Below are positions 1-8,698 of a stretch of DNA of 64,000 bases, in pieces (the stretch's first letter is position 1; the number at the start of each line of letters is the position of its first letter). The notes under the pieces were generated by a model that saw nothing but the letters and a program-made list of their open reading frames with translations, was not told the origin of the DNA and did not search any database. Made by a program: the position numbers and the translations under genes. The DNA comes from Elusimicrobiota bacterium (lineage in GTDB: Bacteria > Elusimicrobiota > Elusimicrobia > UBA1565 > UBA9628). The stretch lies in NCBI GenBank assembly GCA_016209035.1, contig JACQWX010000037.1:34593-98592 (forward strand), in the 5' to 3' direction.

Positions 1-98
1 GACTTATTGAGGTCCATGGCCTTGAGCTTCTTCAAGCCCGCGGCGTCCTTCACGAGGTTGAACATGGCCTCGGCGACTTCATCCACTGATTTTGCCAC
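1..98 (-). CDS. dsrD: Probable DsrD (small DsrAB-associated protein); only the N-terminal 32 codons are visible, the gene continues beyond the window start
   Basis: GTG at 98 lies 6 nt after AGGAGG (105-110, minus sense) and 96 nt downstream of the dsrB stop. Translation is VAKSVDEVAEAMFNLVKDAAGLKKLKAMDLNK. The call rests on position after dsrAB and small lysine-rich helical character, not on a strong motif. Confidence 0.4.
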   Translation of the reverse strand, partial: MAKSVDEVAEAMFNLVKDAAGLKKLKAMDLNK

Positions 99-140
99 TT
101 ACAGCCTCCTAGCGACAGATATTCGAGCTTCGCGGCAAGA

Positions 141-190
141 GGCGCCAGGCTTGGGCCGCGGTTCAAGACCGGGGTTCAAGCCTGGGCGCC
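141..190 (-). other. Intergenic stem-loop between dsrB and dsrD (13-bp stem, 1-nt bulge, 23-nt loop)
   Basis: GGCGCCAGGCTTG (141-153) pairs with CAAGCCTGGGCGCC (177-190). There is no following U-run, so it is not called a terminator. Confidence 0.5.
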
Positions 191-194
191 CGGC

Positions 195-1277
195 CTAGAA
201 CGTCAGATGCGTCGAGCGCTTGAAGGTTAGGCCCGCGTGCCTGAAGTCGTCGATGTGCTCCTTCTGGAACTGTATGCCGGCCATCTTGAAGAACTTCGGC
301 CAGCTGATGCGGTTGATCCACTCGCCCATCCGCTCGTATTTCCGGGCGTTCTTGGCCCACAGGTCGACGAGGTTCCTCACGGCCTCGGTCACCTCGGGCC
401 AGCGCGGCGGGTTGTTCGGCAGATAGGGGATCGCCAGCTTGGAGAACATCGGCTCCACGCGCGCGTTGGAGACCTTCCCTCCGACCCAGATCGAGACGCC
501 GTCGTTCAAGGGATTGTTCATCTTCATGGCCGGGCAGACCGTGAAGCAGTTCGCGCAGAACATGCACTTCTCCTCGATGACCTCGACGGACGGCAGGCCG
601 TTGACCGTCGCGGGCCGGATGGCCGCGGTCGGGCAGGAGGCGCTGGCGCTGGGGATCTCGCAGAGCTTCTTGAGGTTCGCGTGGTCGAGCTTCGGAGGCC
701 GGCGGTGGATGCCGAGGATGGCGATGTCCGAGCAGTGCACCGCGCCGCACATGTTGAGGCAGCAGGCCAGGGCGATCCGGAGCTTGCCGGGGAGCTCCCT
801 CTGCTCGAAGCGCCCGATCAGGTCGTCCATGACGGACTGGACGATGCCCGAGGCGTCGGTCGCGGCCGAGTGGCAGTGGATCCACCCCTGGGTGTGGACG
901 ATGGCGGAGATCGCGTTGCCGATGCCGCCCACGGGATGGCCGAGCTTCTTGAGGTCGGCGATCAGCGGCTCGATATTCTCGGACTTGTCGGTCAGGAACT
1001 CCACGTTGTGGCGGCTGGTGAACCGGAAGTAGCCGTCGCAGTACTTGTCGGCCAGGTCGCAGTACAGGCGGATCTTGTCGATGCTGAGCAGCCGGCCGGA
1101 GGCCGCGCGCACGGTGAAGAGCTTGTCCCCCGACTCGGCGTGGTGGACCATGACGCCGGGCTTGAGTATCTCGTGGTACTTCCACTTGCCGTAGTTCTTC
1201 TTGATCGCCGGCGGCAGGAACCTCTCGTATTGCGGAGGGCCGAAATCGGTCCGTCTTTCCGCGACTGCTTGAGTCAT
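195..1277 (-). CDS. dsrB: Dissimilatory sulfite reductase beta subunit
   Basis: 360 aa from ATG 1277 ([36 protein letters not shown]...). Carries DsrB-type cluster motifs [11 protein letters not shown] and [14 protein letters not shown], and ferredoxin insert [12 protein letters not shown]. Follows dsrA after a 47-nt gap. The 606-aa track ORF is an upstream extension overlapping dsrA in another frame. Confidence 0.93.
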   Translation of the reverse strand: MTQAVAERRTDFGPPQYERFLPPAIKKNYGKWKYHEILKPGVMVHHAESGDKLFTVRAASGRLLSIDKIRLYCDLADKYCDGYFRFTSRHNVEFLTDKSENIEPLIADLKKLGHPVGGIGNAISAIVHTQGWIHCHSAATDASGIVQSVMDDLIGRFEQRELPGKLRIALACCLNMCGAVHCSDIAILGIHRRPPKLDHANLKKLCEIPSASASCPTAAIRPATVNGLPSVEVIEEKCMFCANCFTVCPAMKMNNPLNDGVSIWVGGKVSNARVEPMFSKLAIPYLPNNPPRWPEVTEAVRNLVDLWAKNARKYERMGEWINRISWPKFFKMAGIQFQKEHIDDFRHAGLTFKRSTHLTF

Positions 1278-1324
1278 GTTTCTACCTCTCTTGTCTTGCT
1301 GGCTATCGTTCGCCGGCGCTTTCG

Positions 1325-2530
1325 CTACTTCTTCTCTCCTTCGCCTTCTTCCTCGAAATATTCCTCGTAGAACACGTACGGGTTCTCGCGCGGATGGGCC
1401 ACCATCTCGGGCTGGGGCTCGAGCCCGATCGCTTCCAGGAAGTTGCCCATGCCGACGCGCTGGATGAACTCGCCGATCCGCTCCCTGTTCTTGCCCTCCT
1501 CGCACCAGAGGTCCCAGATCTTCGTGACGATCTCCTTGAGGTCGGCGTAGGGAGGCTCCATCTTGGTGAAGGGGATCAGCACCGACGAGAGGAGCGCGCC
1601 CTCGATGATGGGCGCCTTGGAGCCGATGAGCACGGTCGCGCCGCGGTCCTTTCCGGGGGCGAGCGCCTTGGGCATGGCGTTGATGCAGTGCATGCAGCGG
1701 CGGCAGTACTGGTTGTCGATGTCCAGCTTCTTGCCGTCCCACTTCATGCACTTGGCGGGGCAGTTGCCGATCACGTCGTTCTGGATGTCCAGCCCGCCCT
1801 TGGCGTATTCCTGGACCGCGGCCTGGTCGACCTGGATGGCGTCGCGCCAGGTGCCGATGATGGACATGTCCGCGCGGGCGATGGAGGCCACGCAGTCGTT
1901 GGGGCAGCCCGAGAACTTGAACTTGAACTTGTACGGGAACGCCGGACGGTGGATCTCGTCCTGGAAGGCCATGGTGAAGTCGTAGCAGGAGCGCATGGTG
2001 TCGTAGCAGGCCCACTCGCAGCGCGCCTTGCCGACGCAGCAGCTAGGCGTGCGGACCGCGGAGCCCGAGCCTCCCAGGTCGAAGTCGAGAGCCCCAAGCT
2101 CCGCGAAGACGGGCTCGAGATCGGCGGTCTTGGTGCCGAGCAGGATGATGTCGCCGGTCGAGCCGTGCATGTTGGTCAGGCCGGAGCCGTGCTTCTCCCA
2201 GAGGTCGCAGATCTTGCGCAGGGCGTCGGTCTTGTAGAACCAGCCGGCCGGGTGGTTGACCCGGATCGTGTGGAAATGGGAGACGCCCGGGAACTTCTCG
2301 GGGAGGTCCGAGTACCTCCCGATGACGCCGCCGCCGTAGCCCATGACCCCGACGATGCCGCCGTGCTTCCAATGGCCGATCTTCTCCTTATAAGACTGCT
2401 CCAGCTGGCCGAGGAGGTCCCTGGCCATGGGGCTCTTCTTCGCGGCCGCCTTCATCTCCTTGACGAAGCTCGGCCACTTGCCCTTCTCCAGCTCATCGAG
2501 TAACGGAGTCTGCGGCATCTGCTCAGCCAT
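1325..2530 (-). CDS. dsrA: Dissimilatory sulfite reductase alpha subunit
   Basis: 401 aa from ATG 2530 ([27 protein letters not shown]...). Has siroheme/4Fe-4S Cys motif [20 protein letters not shown], and ferredoxin-like [12 protein letters not shown]. Confidence 0.93.
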   Translation of the reverse strand: MAEQMPQTPLLDELEKGKWPSFVKEMKAAAKKSPMARDLLGQLEQSYKEKIGHWKHGGIVGVMGYGGGVIGRYSDLPEKFPGVSHFHTIRVNHPAGWFYKTDALRKICDLWEKHGSGLTNMHGSTGDIILLGTKTADLEPVFAELGALDFDLGGSGSAVRTPSCCVGKARCEWACYDTMRSCYDFTMAFQDEIHRPAFPYKFKFKFSGCPNDCVASIARADMSIIGTWRDAIQVDQAAVQEYAKGGLDIQNDVIGNCPAKCMKWDGKKLDIDNQYCRRCMHCINAMPKALAPGKDRGATVLIGSKAPIIEGALLSSVLIPFTKMEPPYADLKEIVTKIWDLWCEEGKNRERIGEFIQRVGMGNFLEAIGLEPQPEMVAHPRENPYVFYEEYFEEEGEGEKK

Positions 2531-2609
2531 GGTACCCTCTATCTGTTCCGGTTTGTCGTCCCGACAAGAGCGCCGTCCGGCGCGCAAGAACATCGGCTTC
2601 GAATGGCCT

Positions 2610-2674
2610 ATTGAACCTAATATCGGCCTAATATGAATTGACCTGGGTCAACCCGCCCTATTGACCCGGGTCAG
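2610..2674 (-). promoter_or_regulatory. dsrAB upstream module: two 14-bp TTGACC-N2-GGTCAA-type palindromes plus ATTAGGTTCAAT box
   Basis: Forward-strand sites are ttgacctgggtcaa (2638-2651) and ttgacccgggtcag (2661-2674), 9 nt apart. The 12-mer attgaacctaat (2610-2621) lies 16 nt from the proximal site. The same architecture occurs at 30377-30441. Confidence 0.6.
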
Positions 2675-2683
2675 CGGGCGCGG

Positions 2684-4858
2684 CTACCCCGCCTCCTTGC
2701 GCCGCTCGATGCCTTCGATCTTGCGCATGGCCCCGGCGGAGACCGGCAGGCCCTTGAAGACCGGCTGGGCCAGGGGGCAGGGATCCTCGTCGGAGTCCGC
2801 GTGGTTTCTCGCGTGGATATTCTCCAGGGCTGAGGCCACGCTGCGGAAGATGTGCTCCTCCCCGATCCGGTCGTGGAGGCCGGTGCGCCGCATGACGTCG
2901 AGCACCGACTCGTTGAGGCCGCTGATCGAGATCCCGTAGCCCGCCTCGCGGATGCGGGCCACGATGCTCGAGAGCATGTCCTCGCCCGTGGCGTCGAGCT
3001 CGTTGATGCCGTTGCCCACGATGTGGACGTGCTTGAGATCCGGCATGCCGGCCACGCGCTCGAGGATGGCGTCCTCGAGGTAGTTGACGCTCGCGAAGAA
3101 CAGCGAGCTGTTGCACCGGATGACCGCGATGCGCCGGCACTGCGCCAGCCCCAGCCTCTCAGCGTTCCTGTAGGCCCCGTCCGTGTATTTCGAGAGGATG
3201 GCGATGTCGGGCTTGGTGGTGCGCAAGAGATAGAAGCCCAGGGACAGGATCACGCCCAGGGAGATGCCGCGGTCGAGGTGCGGCGCGAAGACCAGGGTGG
3301 CGGCGAAGGTGACCAGGGTGATGACCCCGTCGTGCTTCTGGGCGTGCCAGGCGTGCAGGAAGCCCCGGATGTTGAGCAGCCCGATGACCGCCATCATGAT
3401 GATCGAGGCCAGCACCGCCTGGGGGAGGTGGTAGAGGAGCGGCGTGAAGAAGAGCATGACGACGGCCACCAGCACCGCGCTGAAGACGTTGGAGAGGCCC
3501 GTCACCCCTCCGGCCGAGAGGTTGACCGCGGACCGCGAGAAGGAGCCCGACACCGGGTAGCCCTGGGTCACGGATCCGGCCATGTTGGCCAGCCCCTGGC
3601 CGATCAGTTCCTGGTCGGGGTCGAGCCGCTGGCCGGTCCTGGCGGCCATGGATTTGGCGATGGAGATCGCCTCCATGAAGCCCAGCATCGAGATGATGAC
3701 GACCATGGGGAACAGGCTCAGCATGATGTTGAGGTCGAACTTGGGGGCCTTGAGCCTTGGGAGGCCTTCCGGGATGCGGCCGACCACCGCTCCCCCCGCC
3801 ATCAGGGTCAGGGAGTCTTCCTTCAAAGCCGAATTGCCCACTTTGAGGCGCCAGGTCCTGCGGTCCCCGGAGGGCTCCTCGATCCGTTCGAACCTCATCT
3901 CGCGCAGGAGGGCCCGGCTCGCCGCGCTGCTTTCCTTGTGCTCCTTGATGCCGAGGTTGAGCAGGTCCAGTTCGTGGCGCAGCGTCATCAGCCTGGCCGA
4001 CGGGCCATGGGTCTTCTTGGCCTCCTGGATGCGGGCGCTGAGCCCCACGCGCTCCGCGCTGAGCCGGTCGACCTCATCGAGCGCTCCGTTGTAGTCCGCG
4101 ACGACCTGCCTAGTGCGGGCCGAATCGAGACGCTCGACGGTCGTCGCGAGGTTGTCTTCGAACCCCGCGGCCCAGGACAGGATGGTGGTCAAGACCACCA
4201 CCACCAGGACGTTCGGGACCCTGGGTCGAAAGCGCTTCAAGCCCGCCATGATGGCGAAGGAAAGGGCCGCGAGCCCGAAGGTGGGCCAGTGGGTGCAGGC
4301 CCAGGCCGCCTTCACGACGTTGACGATGGTCTGGTAGTAGTGCTCCGCGTTGTCCACCTGCACCCCGAAGATCTGGGGGAGCTGGGAGGAGGCGATGATG
4401 AAGGCCGCGGCGTTGGTGAAGCCGTTGACCACCGGATGGGAGAGGAAATTCACGATCATCCCGAGCTTGAGCGTCCCCAGGAGGAGCTGGAAGACGCCCA
4501 CCATGAAGGCGAGGAGCAACGCGTAGGCGATGTAGCCCTCGCTTCCCGCGGTGGCGTAGGGCTCCAGCGCCGTCGCCGTCATCAAGGAGACCATGGCCAC
4601 GGGCCCGGTGGCCAGCTGTTGGCTCGACCCGAAGAGGGAGGCGACCATCGGGGGCAGGAAGGCGGCGAAGAGGCCGTAGTACGGGGGCAGGCCGGCCAGC
4701 TGGGCGTAGGCCATGGACTGCGGGATGAGGACCAGCCCCACGGTGGCGCCGGCCACAAGGTCGGAGCGCAGGCGCGCGGGGGAATACCCCCGGACCCACC
4801 CCAGGAAGGGGAAAAAACGGACGAGCGCGCCGTTCGGCTGGGCCTGGGTCGTTGCCAT
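2684..4858 (-). CDS. SulP-family anion (putative sulfate) transporter with C-terminal STAS domain and an internal ~115-aa hydrophilic insert
   Basis: 724-aa ORF. SulP membrane core motifs: LIPQSMAYAQLAGLPP, NGFTNAAAFIIASSQL, GRIPEGLP. STAS-like C-terminus: IAVIRCNSSLFFASVNYLED...HIVGNGINELDATG. Confidence 0.9.
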   Translation of the reverse strand: MATTQAQPNGALVRFFPFLGWVRGYSPARLRSDLVAGATVGLVLIPQSMAYAQLAGLPPYYGLFAAFLPPMVASLFGSSQQLATGPVAMVSLMTATALEPYATAGSEGYIAYALLLAFMVGVFQLLLGTLKLGMIVNFLSHPVVNGFTNAAAFIIASSQLPQIFGVQVDNAEHYYQTIVNVVKAAWACTHWPTFGLAALSFAIMAGLKRFRPRVPNVLVVVVLTTILSWAAGFEDNLATTVERLDSARTRQVVADYNGALDEVDRLSAERVGLSARIQEAKKTHGPSARLMTLRHELDLLNLGIKEHKESSAASRALLREMRFERIEEPSGDRRTWRLKVGNSALKEDSLTLMAGGAVVGRIPEGLPRLKAPKFDLNIMLSLFPMVVIISMLGFMEAISIAKSMAARTGQRLDPDQELIGQGLANMAGSVTQGYPVSGSFSRSAVNLSAGGVTGLSNVFSAVLVAVVMLFFTPLLYHLPQAVLASIIMMAVIGLLNIRGFLHAWHAQKHDGVITLVTFAATLVFAPHLDRGISLGVILSLGFYLLRTTKPDIAILSKYTDGAYRNAERLGLAQCRRIAVIRCNSSLFFASVNYLEDAILERVAGMPDLKHVHIVGNGINELDATGEDMLSSIVARIREAGYGISISGLNESVLDVMRRTGLHDRIGEEHIFRSVASALENIHARNHADSDEDPCPLAQPVFKGLPVSAGAMRKIEGIERRKEAG

Positions 4859-4869
4859 GAAGGGCCGGC

Positions 4870-5400
4870 CTATTTCTCCCTCTTATCGGTCTTGTCGAGG
4901 TGGCAGAGCTGGGCCAGCTCGCCGATCAGCTCTACGGTGCGCACCACGCCGATCACCTCTTTGTCCTTCATGACCGGCACGAAGCTCAGGTTGTGTTCGA
5001 CCATCTTGAGCATGACCTTCACGAGGTCGTCGGCGTGGTCCACGGACTCCCGGATGGGAGTCATGATGTCGCTGACCGGGCGCTGGAGCTTCTCGATGAT
5101 CTTCTTGGAGAGCGTCTCGTGGGCTCCGGCGGGGGTCTTGGAGCCGAACAGGCCCGGCCGCAGGATGTGCGAGAGCGACTCGGGCTCTAGCCCGCGCAGG
5201 ATGTCCCGCCGCCGGACCATCCCCAGGAGCTCGTAGGCTTCGTTGAAGACCAGGACCACCCTAGGAAGGGACTTGCGGCCTCCCACGTCGAACTCGGCCT
5301 TCTCGAACTCCGCCATGGCCTGGCACAGGGTGAACCAGTAGGGGACATGGGGATACTCGTCCAGCGGGATCATCAAGTCCTTCGCCGTTCTCCGGTCCAT
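4870..5400 (-). CDS. CBS-domain pair protein
   Basis: ATG 5400 is preceded by AAGGAGGGAG (5405-5414). Two CBS-like repeats (DLMIPLDEYPHV...LGMVRRRDIL; VSDIMTPIRESV...VIGVVRTVELI). 11-nt gap to the SulP gene. The alternative start at 5430 overlaps the hsdR stop. Confidence 0.8.
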   Translation of the reverse strand: MDRRTAKDLMIPLDEYPHVPYWFTLCQAMAEFEKAEFDVGGRKSLPRVVLVFNEAYELLGMVRRRDILRGLEPESLSHILRPGLFGSKTPAGAHETLSKKIIEKLQRPVSDIMTPIRESVDHADDLVKVMLKMVEHNLSFVPVMKDKEVIGVVRTVELIGELAQLCHLDKTDKREK

Positions 5401-5426
5401 CAGACTCCCTCCTTTTCCGAATTCAC

Positions 5427-8400
5427 TCATGGCTGTCCCGGCGCCTTGGCTCTATAGTACCGCTCGAAAAGCCAGCCCAGGAAGAACTTCGCGAATTCAG
5501 GGTCGTCGGTGACCTGCTTATAGAACTTGAAGTTGGAGTCCATCATCTCCTGCAGGCGGTCGTTGACCACATGCTCGAAGGTGAGGCGGGCGTTTTCCGG
5601 CGGGTTGACTTGGACGCTGGCCGCGAGGGCGGCGTCGCCGGCCAGGCGTTCCTCCAGCTGCTCGATGAACACCCTGTCCTTCTCCGTGAAGTCGGTCCCG
5701 AACCGCTCATTGAGAAGCTTGATGATCTGCGAGAGGGTCTCAAGCTCCTCCGGCGGCATCCGGTAGCCGTCCTTCGGGCCCTGGGGCTCAAGTTCGGCGG
5801 TACCGCGCGGCAGGGGAATTCCGCCGCTTGTTTTCTGCTCGATCCGGTAGGAGTCCATGTCGATGTTCTTGCGGATCTCGACCGGCAGAACTATCTCCGG
5901 CAGCGGGAGCTTGCGGAGCAGCATCCTGCCGAAGTTGTAGAGCTTTTCCAGGTCCGTATCCACGAAGGTGATGACCTGGGACAGGAAGGCGTAAAGGCGC
6001 ACGAAGTCGTTGAGCTGGCCGCGGAAGTCCACCTTCTCGCCGTCTTCCGCGTCCCGGAAGCGGTCCACCACCGGGACCAAGGCGGAGTGCAATTTCTCCT
6101 GGGTGGCTTTCGGATCGAACCAGACCGACGCGAAGCGCTCCACGTCGTTCCTGTCGTAGAAATGAAAGTCCGCGAGCCGGTTTTGCAGGTCGTAGAGCAG
6201 ATTGGGATCGGTGCCCTCTTTGAGCAGGGTCTTGTCGTAGTAGTCGGCGAAGGCCTTCTGGATCTGGCCCGGCTCATTGGAAAAGTCCAAAACCATGGTT
6301 TCCTCTTTGCCGGGGTGGATTCGATTGAGCCGGGAGAGGGTCTGCACCGCGCCGACTCCTCCCAGCTTCTTGTCCACGTACATGGTATGGAGCAGGGGCT
6401 GGTCAAAGCCGGTCTGAAACTTGTTGGCGACGATCAGGATTCGGTACTCGTCCCGCTTGAAGGTCTCCGAGGTCTGGGACTCCGGAAAGCCGTTCATGCC
6501 TGGTTCGGTGTAGTCGGCCCCGCCGTCCTTGACCGTGCCTGAGAAGGCCACCATGGCCTTGAAAGGGTAGCCCTTCTCCTTGAGGTAACGGTCCACGGCC
6601 AGCTTGTAGCGGACCGCGTGGAGGCGGGACCGGGTGACGATCATGGCCTTGGCTTTTCCGCCGATCCGCGGCATGGACTTCTCGGCGAAGTGCTCCACCA
6701 TGATCCGGACTTTCTTGGAGATGGCGTGGTCGCTCAAATCCACGAAGGCCTTGAGCAGGTAGGTGGCCTTGGCGCGGTCGTAGCGAGGGTCGTCCTTGAT
6801 CGTCTTGAGAAGGCTCCAGTAGCTCTTGTAGGTGGTGTAGTTCTCCAGGACGTCCAGGATGAACCCCTCCTCGATGGCCTGGCGCATGGTGTAAAGGCTG
6901 AACGGCGAAAAGCGCCCGTCGGCTTGTTTCTGCCCGAAAAGTTCGAGGGTCTTGTGCTTGGGCGTGGCCGTGAAGGCGAAGGTGCTCACGTTGGGAAGGC
7001 GGCCGCGAGCCTTCATCTCGGAGGCGATCCGGTCCTCCATGTCCTCGCATCCGTCGGCGTCCTCCAGCTCCGCGTCCTCCAGCGTCCCGGCGGACAGAAC
7101 CAGCTTGAGGCTCTTGGGGCTCTCGCCCGACTGCGAGGAATGCGCCTCGTCTATGATGACGGCGAAGCGTTGCCCGGGCAGGGATTGTATGTCGCCGACG
7201 ATCTGGGGGAACTTCTGCAAGGTGGTGACGATGATGTTCTTGCCGTCCTGCAAGGCCTGCTTGAGCTGTCGGGAGGTCTGGTCGATGTTCTCGACCAACC
7301 CCAGGGTCTGCTCGAACTGGCGGACGGTGCGCTGAAGCTGGCGGTCCAGGACGCGGCGGTCCGTGATGACGATGATGGAGTCGAACACGCGCCGGTCCTT
7401 CACGTCATGCAGGGCCGATAGCTGATGGGCGAGCCATGCGATGGAGTTGGACTTCCCGCTGCCGGCGCTGTGCTGGATCAGGTATTGTTGACCCGTTCCG
7501 GTTCCCTGTGCGTCGGCCAGCAGCCGCCTCACGCAGTCAAGCTGGTGATAGCGGGGGAAGACCATGGACTTCTTTCCCGTCTTGCGGCCTTTGTCGTCCT
7601 CGTCCTCGACGACATGGACGAAGTTTTGGATGAGGTCCAGGACGCTGTCTTGCGACCAGATGCGCTCCCACAGATAGGCCGTGGAAAAGCCCCCCAGGGC
7701 CGGGGGATTGCCCGCTCCGGTTCCATTGCCGCGGTTGAAGGGCAGGAAACGGGTCTTGGGGCCTTGGAGGTGCGTGGTGAGGTAGACGAGGTCGGGGTCC
7801 ACGACAAAATGGACGAGACAGCGGCCGAAGGCGAACAAGGGCTCCCGCGGGTCGCGGTCGAACTTGTATTGGCGAATGGCGTTTTGTACGTTCTGCCCCG
7901 TCAGCGGGTTCTTGAGTTCAGCGGTGGAGATGGGCAGCCCGTTGAGGAAAATGGCGAGGTCCAGGCTGTTCTCATCTCTCTGGCTGTACTTGAGCTGGCG
8001 GACGACCGTGAAGATGTTGGCCTGGTAGAGTTTGCGTATCTCGTCGTTTAGCCCGCTGGCCGGTCGGAAGTAGGCCAGTTGGAACTTGCAGCCGTTGTTC
8101 TTGATGCCCTTGCGCAGGACCTCCAAGGTCCCGCGCGTCTGGACCTCAGAGGCCAGGCGCTTGAGCAGGTGGTCCTTGGCGTCCGCGCCGTGCTGTACTT
8201 TGAGTTTCTCCCACTCTGCGGGTTGGGTGGCGTAGATGAAGTCCATGACCGCGCCGGGGTCCAGGCACAGGCCGCGGTCGTAGTCCTCCAGCCGGCCTTT
8301 CCGGTAGCCGCCGGGAGCGCCGAGGTAGCCTGCCAGGACATCGCCGGCCGCGGAGGCTCCGTCCACGGCGGCGGCCTGGGTTTCGCCGAGTAGAATCTGT

Positions 8401-8441
8401 TCTATTGAGGCTTCGAGTTTCTTTTCGGAGATGTCCATCAT
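5427..8441 (-). CDS. hsdR: Type I restriction enzyme R subunit
   Basis: 1004 aa. N-terminal PD-(D/E)xK-like region (DLAIFLNGLPISTAELK). SF2 helicase motifs QHSAGSGKS, IIDEAHSSQ (DEAH) and FAFTATP. Confidence 0.9.
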   Translation of the reverse strand: MMDISEKKLEASIEQILLGETQAAAVDGASAAGDVLAGYLGAPGGYRKGRLEDYDRGLCLDPGAVMDFIYATQPAEWEKLKVQHGADAKDHLLKRLASEVQTRGTLEVLRKGIKNNGCKFQLAYFRPASGLNDEIRKLYQANIFTVVRQLKYSQRDENSLDLAIFLNGLPISTAELKNPLTGQNVQNAIRQYKFDRDPREPLFAFGRCLVHFVVDPDLVYLTTHLQGPKTRFLPFNRGNGTGAGNPPALGGFSTAYLWERIWSQDSVLDLIQNFVHVVEDEDDKGRKTGKKSMVFPRYHQLDCVRRLLADAQGTGTGQQYLIQHSAGSGKSNSIAWLAHQLSALHDVKDRRVFDSIIVITDRRVLDRQLQRTVRQFEQTLGLVENIDQTSRQLKQALQDGKNIIVTTLQKFPQIVGDIQSLPGQRFAVIIDEAHSSQSGESPKSLKLVLSAGTLEDAELEDADGCEDMEDRIASEMKARGRLPNVSTFAFTATPKHKTLELFGQKQADGRFSPFSLYTMRQAIEEGFILDVLENYTTYKSYWSLLKTIKDDPRYDRAKATYLLKAFVDLSDHAISKKVRIMVEHFAEKSMPRIGGKAKAMIVTRSRLHAVRYKLAVDRYLKEKGYPFKAMVAFSGTVKDGGADYTEPGMNGFPESQTSETFKRDEYRILIVANKFQTGFDQPLLHTMYVDKKLGGVGAVQTLSRLNRIHPGKEETMVLDFSNEPGQIQKAFADYYDKTLLKEGTDPNLLYDLQNRLADFHFYDRNDVERFASVWFDPKATQEKLHSALVPVVDRFRDAEDGEKVDFRGQLNDFVRLYAFLSQVITFVDTDLEKLYNFGRMLLRKLPLPEIVLPVEIRKNIDMDSYRIEQKTSGGIPLPRGTAELEPQGPKDGYRMPPEELETLSQIIKLLNERFGTDFTEKDRVFIEQLEERLAGDAALAASVQVNPPENARLTFEHVVNDRLQEMMDSNFKFYKQVTDDPEFAKFFLGWLFERYYRAKAPGQP

Positions 8442-8698
8442 GGCTTATCCTTGAAAATTTGTCGCTGGCCTTTATACTTTTCCTTGAAAGCTTTGATGGC
8501 TTGGTCAAATGCCCCGATGTTGGAAGGACCGCTGAGGATGTTGGATATTACGATGGCCTCAAACAGGTCGTTGAAGTCTTTCTGCTGCTGGTCCGCCTGG
8601 ATTTGGACCTGCTGGGATAGCTTATAGCTGCGCCAGCCCACCCACCACATGGCGACCGCGGCCACAGCCATTACCCAATCCGCCAATGTGCCCATCAT
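8438..8698 (-). CDS. Small single-pass membrane protein embedded in the type I R-M operon (unknown function)
   Basis: ATG 8698 overlaps the hsdS stop (ATGA) and the stop overlaps the hsdR start (8438-8441). 86 aa: MMGTLADWVMAVAAVAMWWVGW (TM) followed by a Q-rich linker and a lysine-rich tail. Lower G+C than its surroundings. Confidence 0.5.
   Translation of the reverse strand: MMGTLADWVMAVAAVAMWWVGWRSYKLSQQVQIQADQQQKDFNDLFEAIVISNILSGPSNIGAFDQAIKAFKEKYKGQRQIFKDKP

Noticed and set aside
237-1370. Long ORFs antisense to, or in alternate frames of, recognisable genes. Examples: 237-1370+, 2852-5236+, 13715-16159+, 16342-18126+, 18812-20890+, 21991-24372+, 24219-26204+, 27550-29544-, 30387-31787-, 33286-34581-, 35424-36875-, 37038-37895-, 39849-41048-, 42858-44711+, 46432-49026-, 50017-51579-, 53161-54873+, 57983-59266-, 58609-60492+, 60489-61643-, 62994-63998-.
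   Set aside because: Their translations are Arg/Gly/Pro/Ala/His/Asp-rich low-complexity strings with no motifs. Each lies opposite a gene with clear family signatures. This is the expected shadow-ORF behaviour of high-G+C DNA.
195-2015. Track ORFs that fuse a real gene to a long upstream extension: 195-2015 (dsrB), 1325-2593 (dsrA), 46519-47598 (atpH), 48372-50069 (atpG), 51601-53040 (hemA), 55124-56791, 56037-57119, 43452-44993, 59026-60432.
   Set aside because: The upstream parts overlap the preceding gene in another frame and are not protein-like. Internal starts with an RBS or stop/start coupling give family-typical N-termini, so trimmed coordinates were reported.
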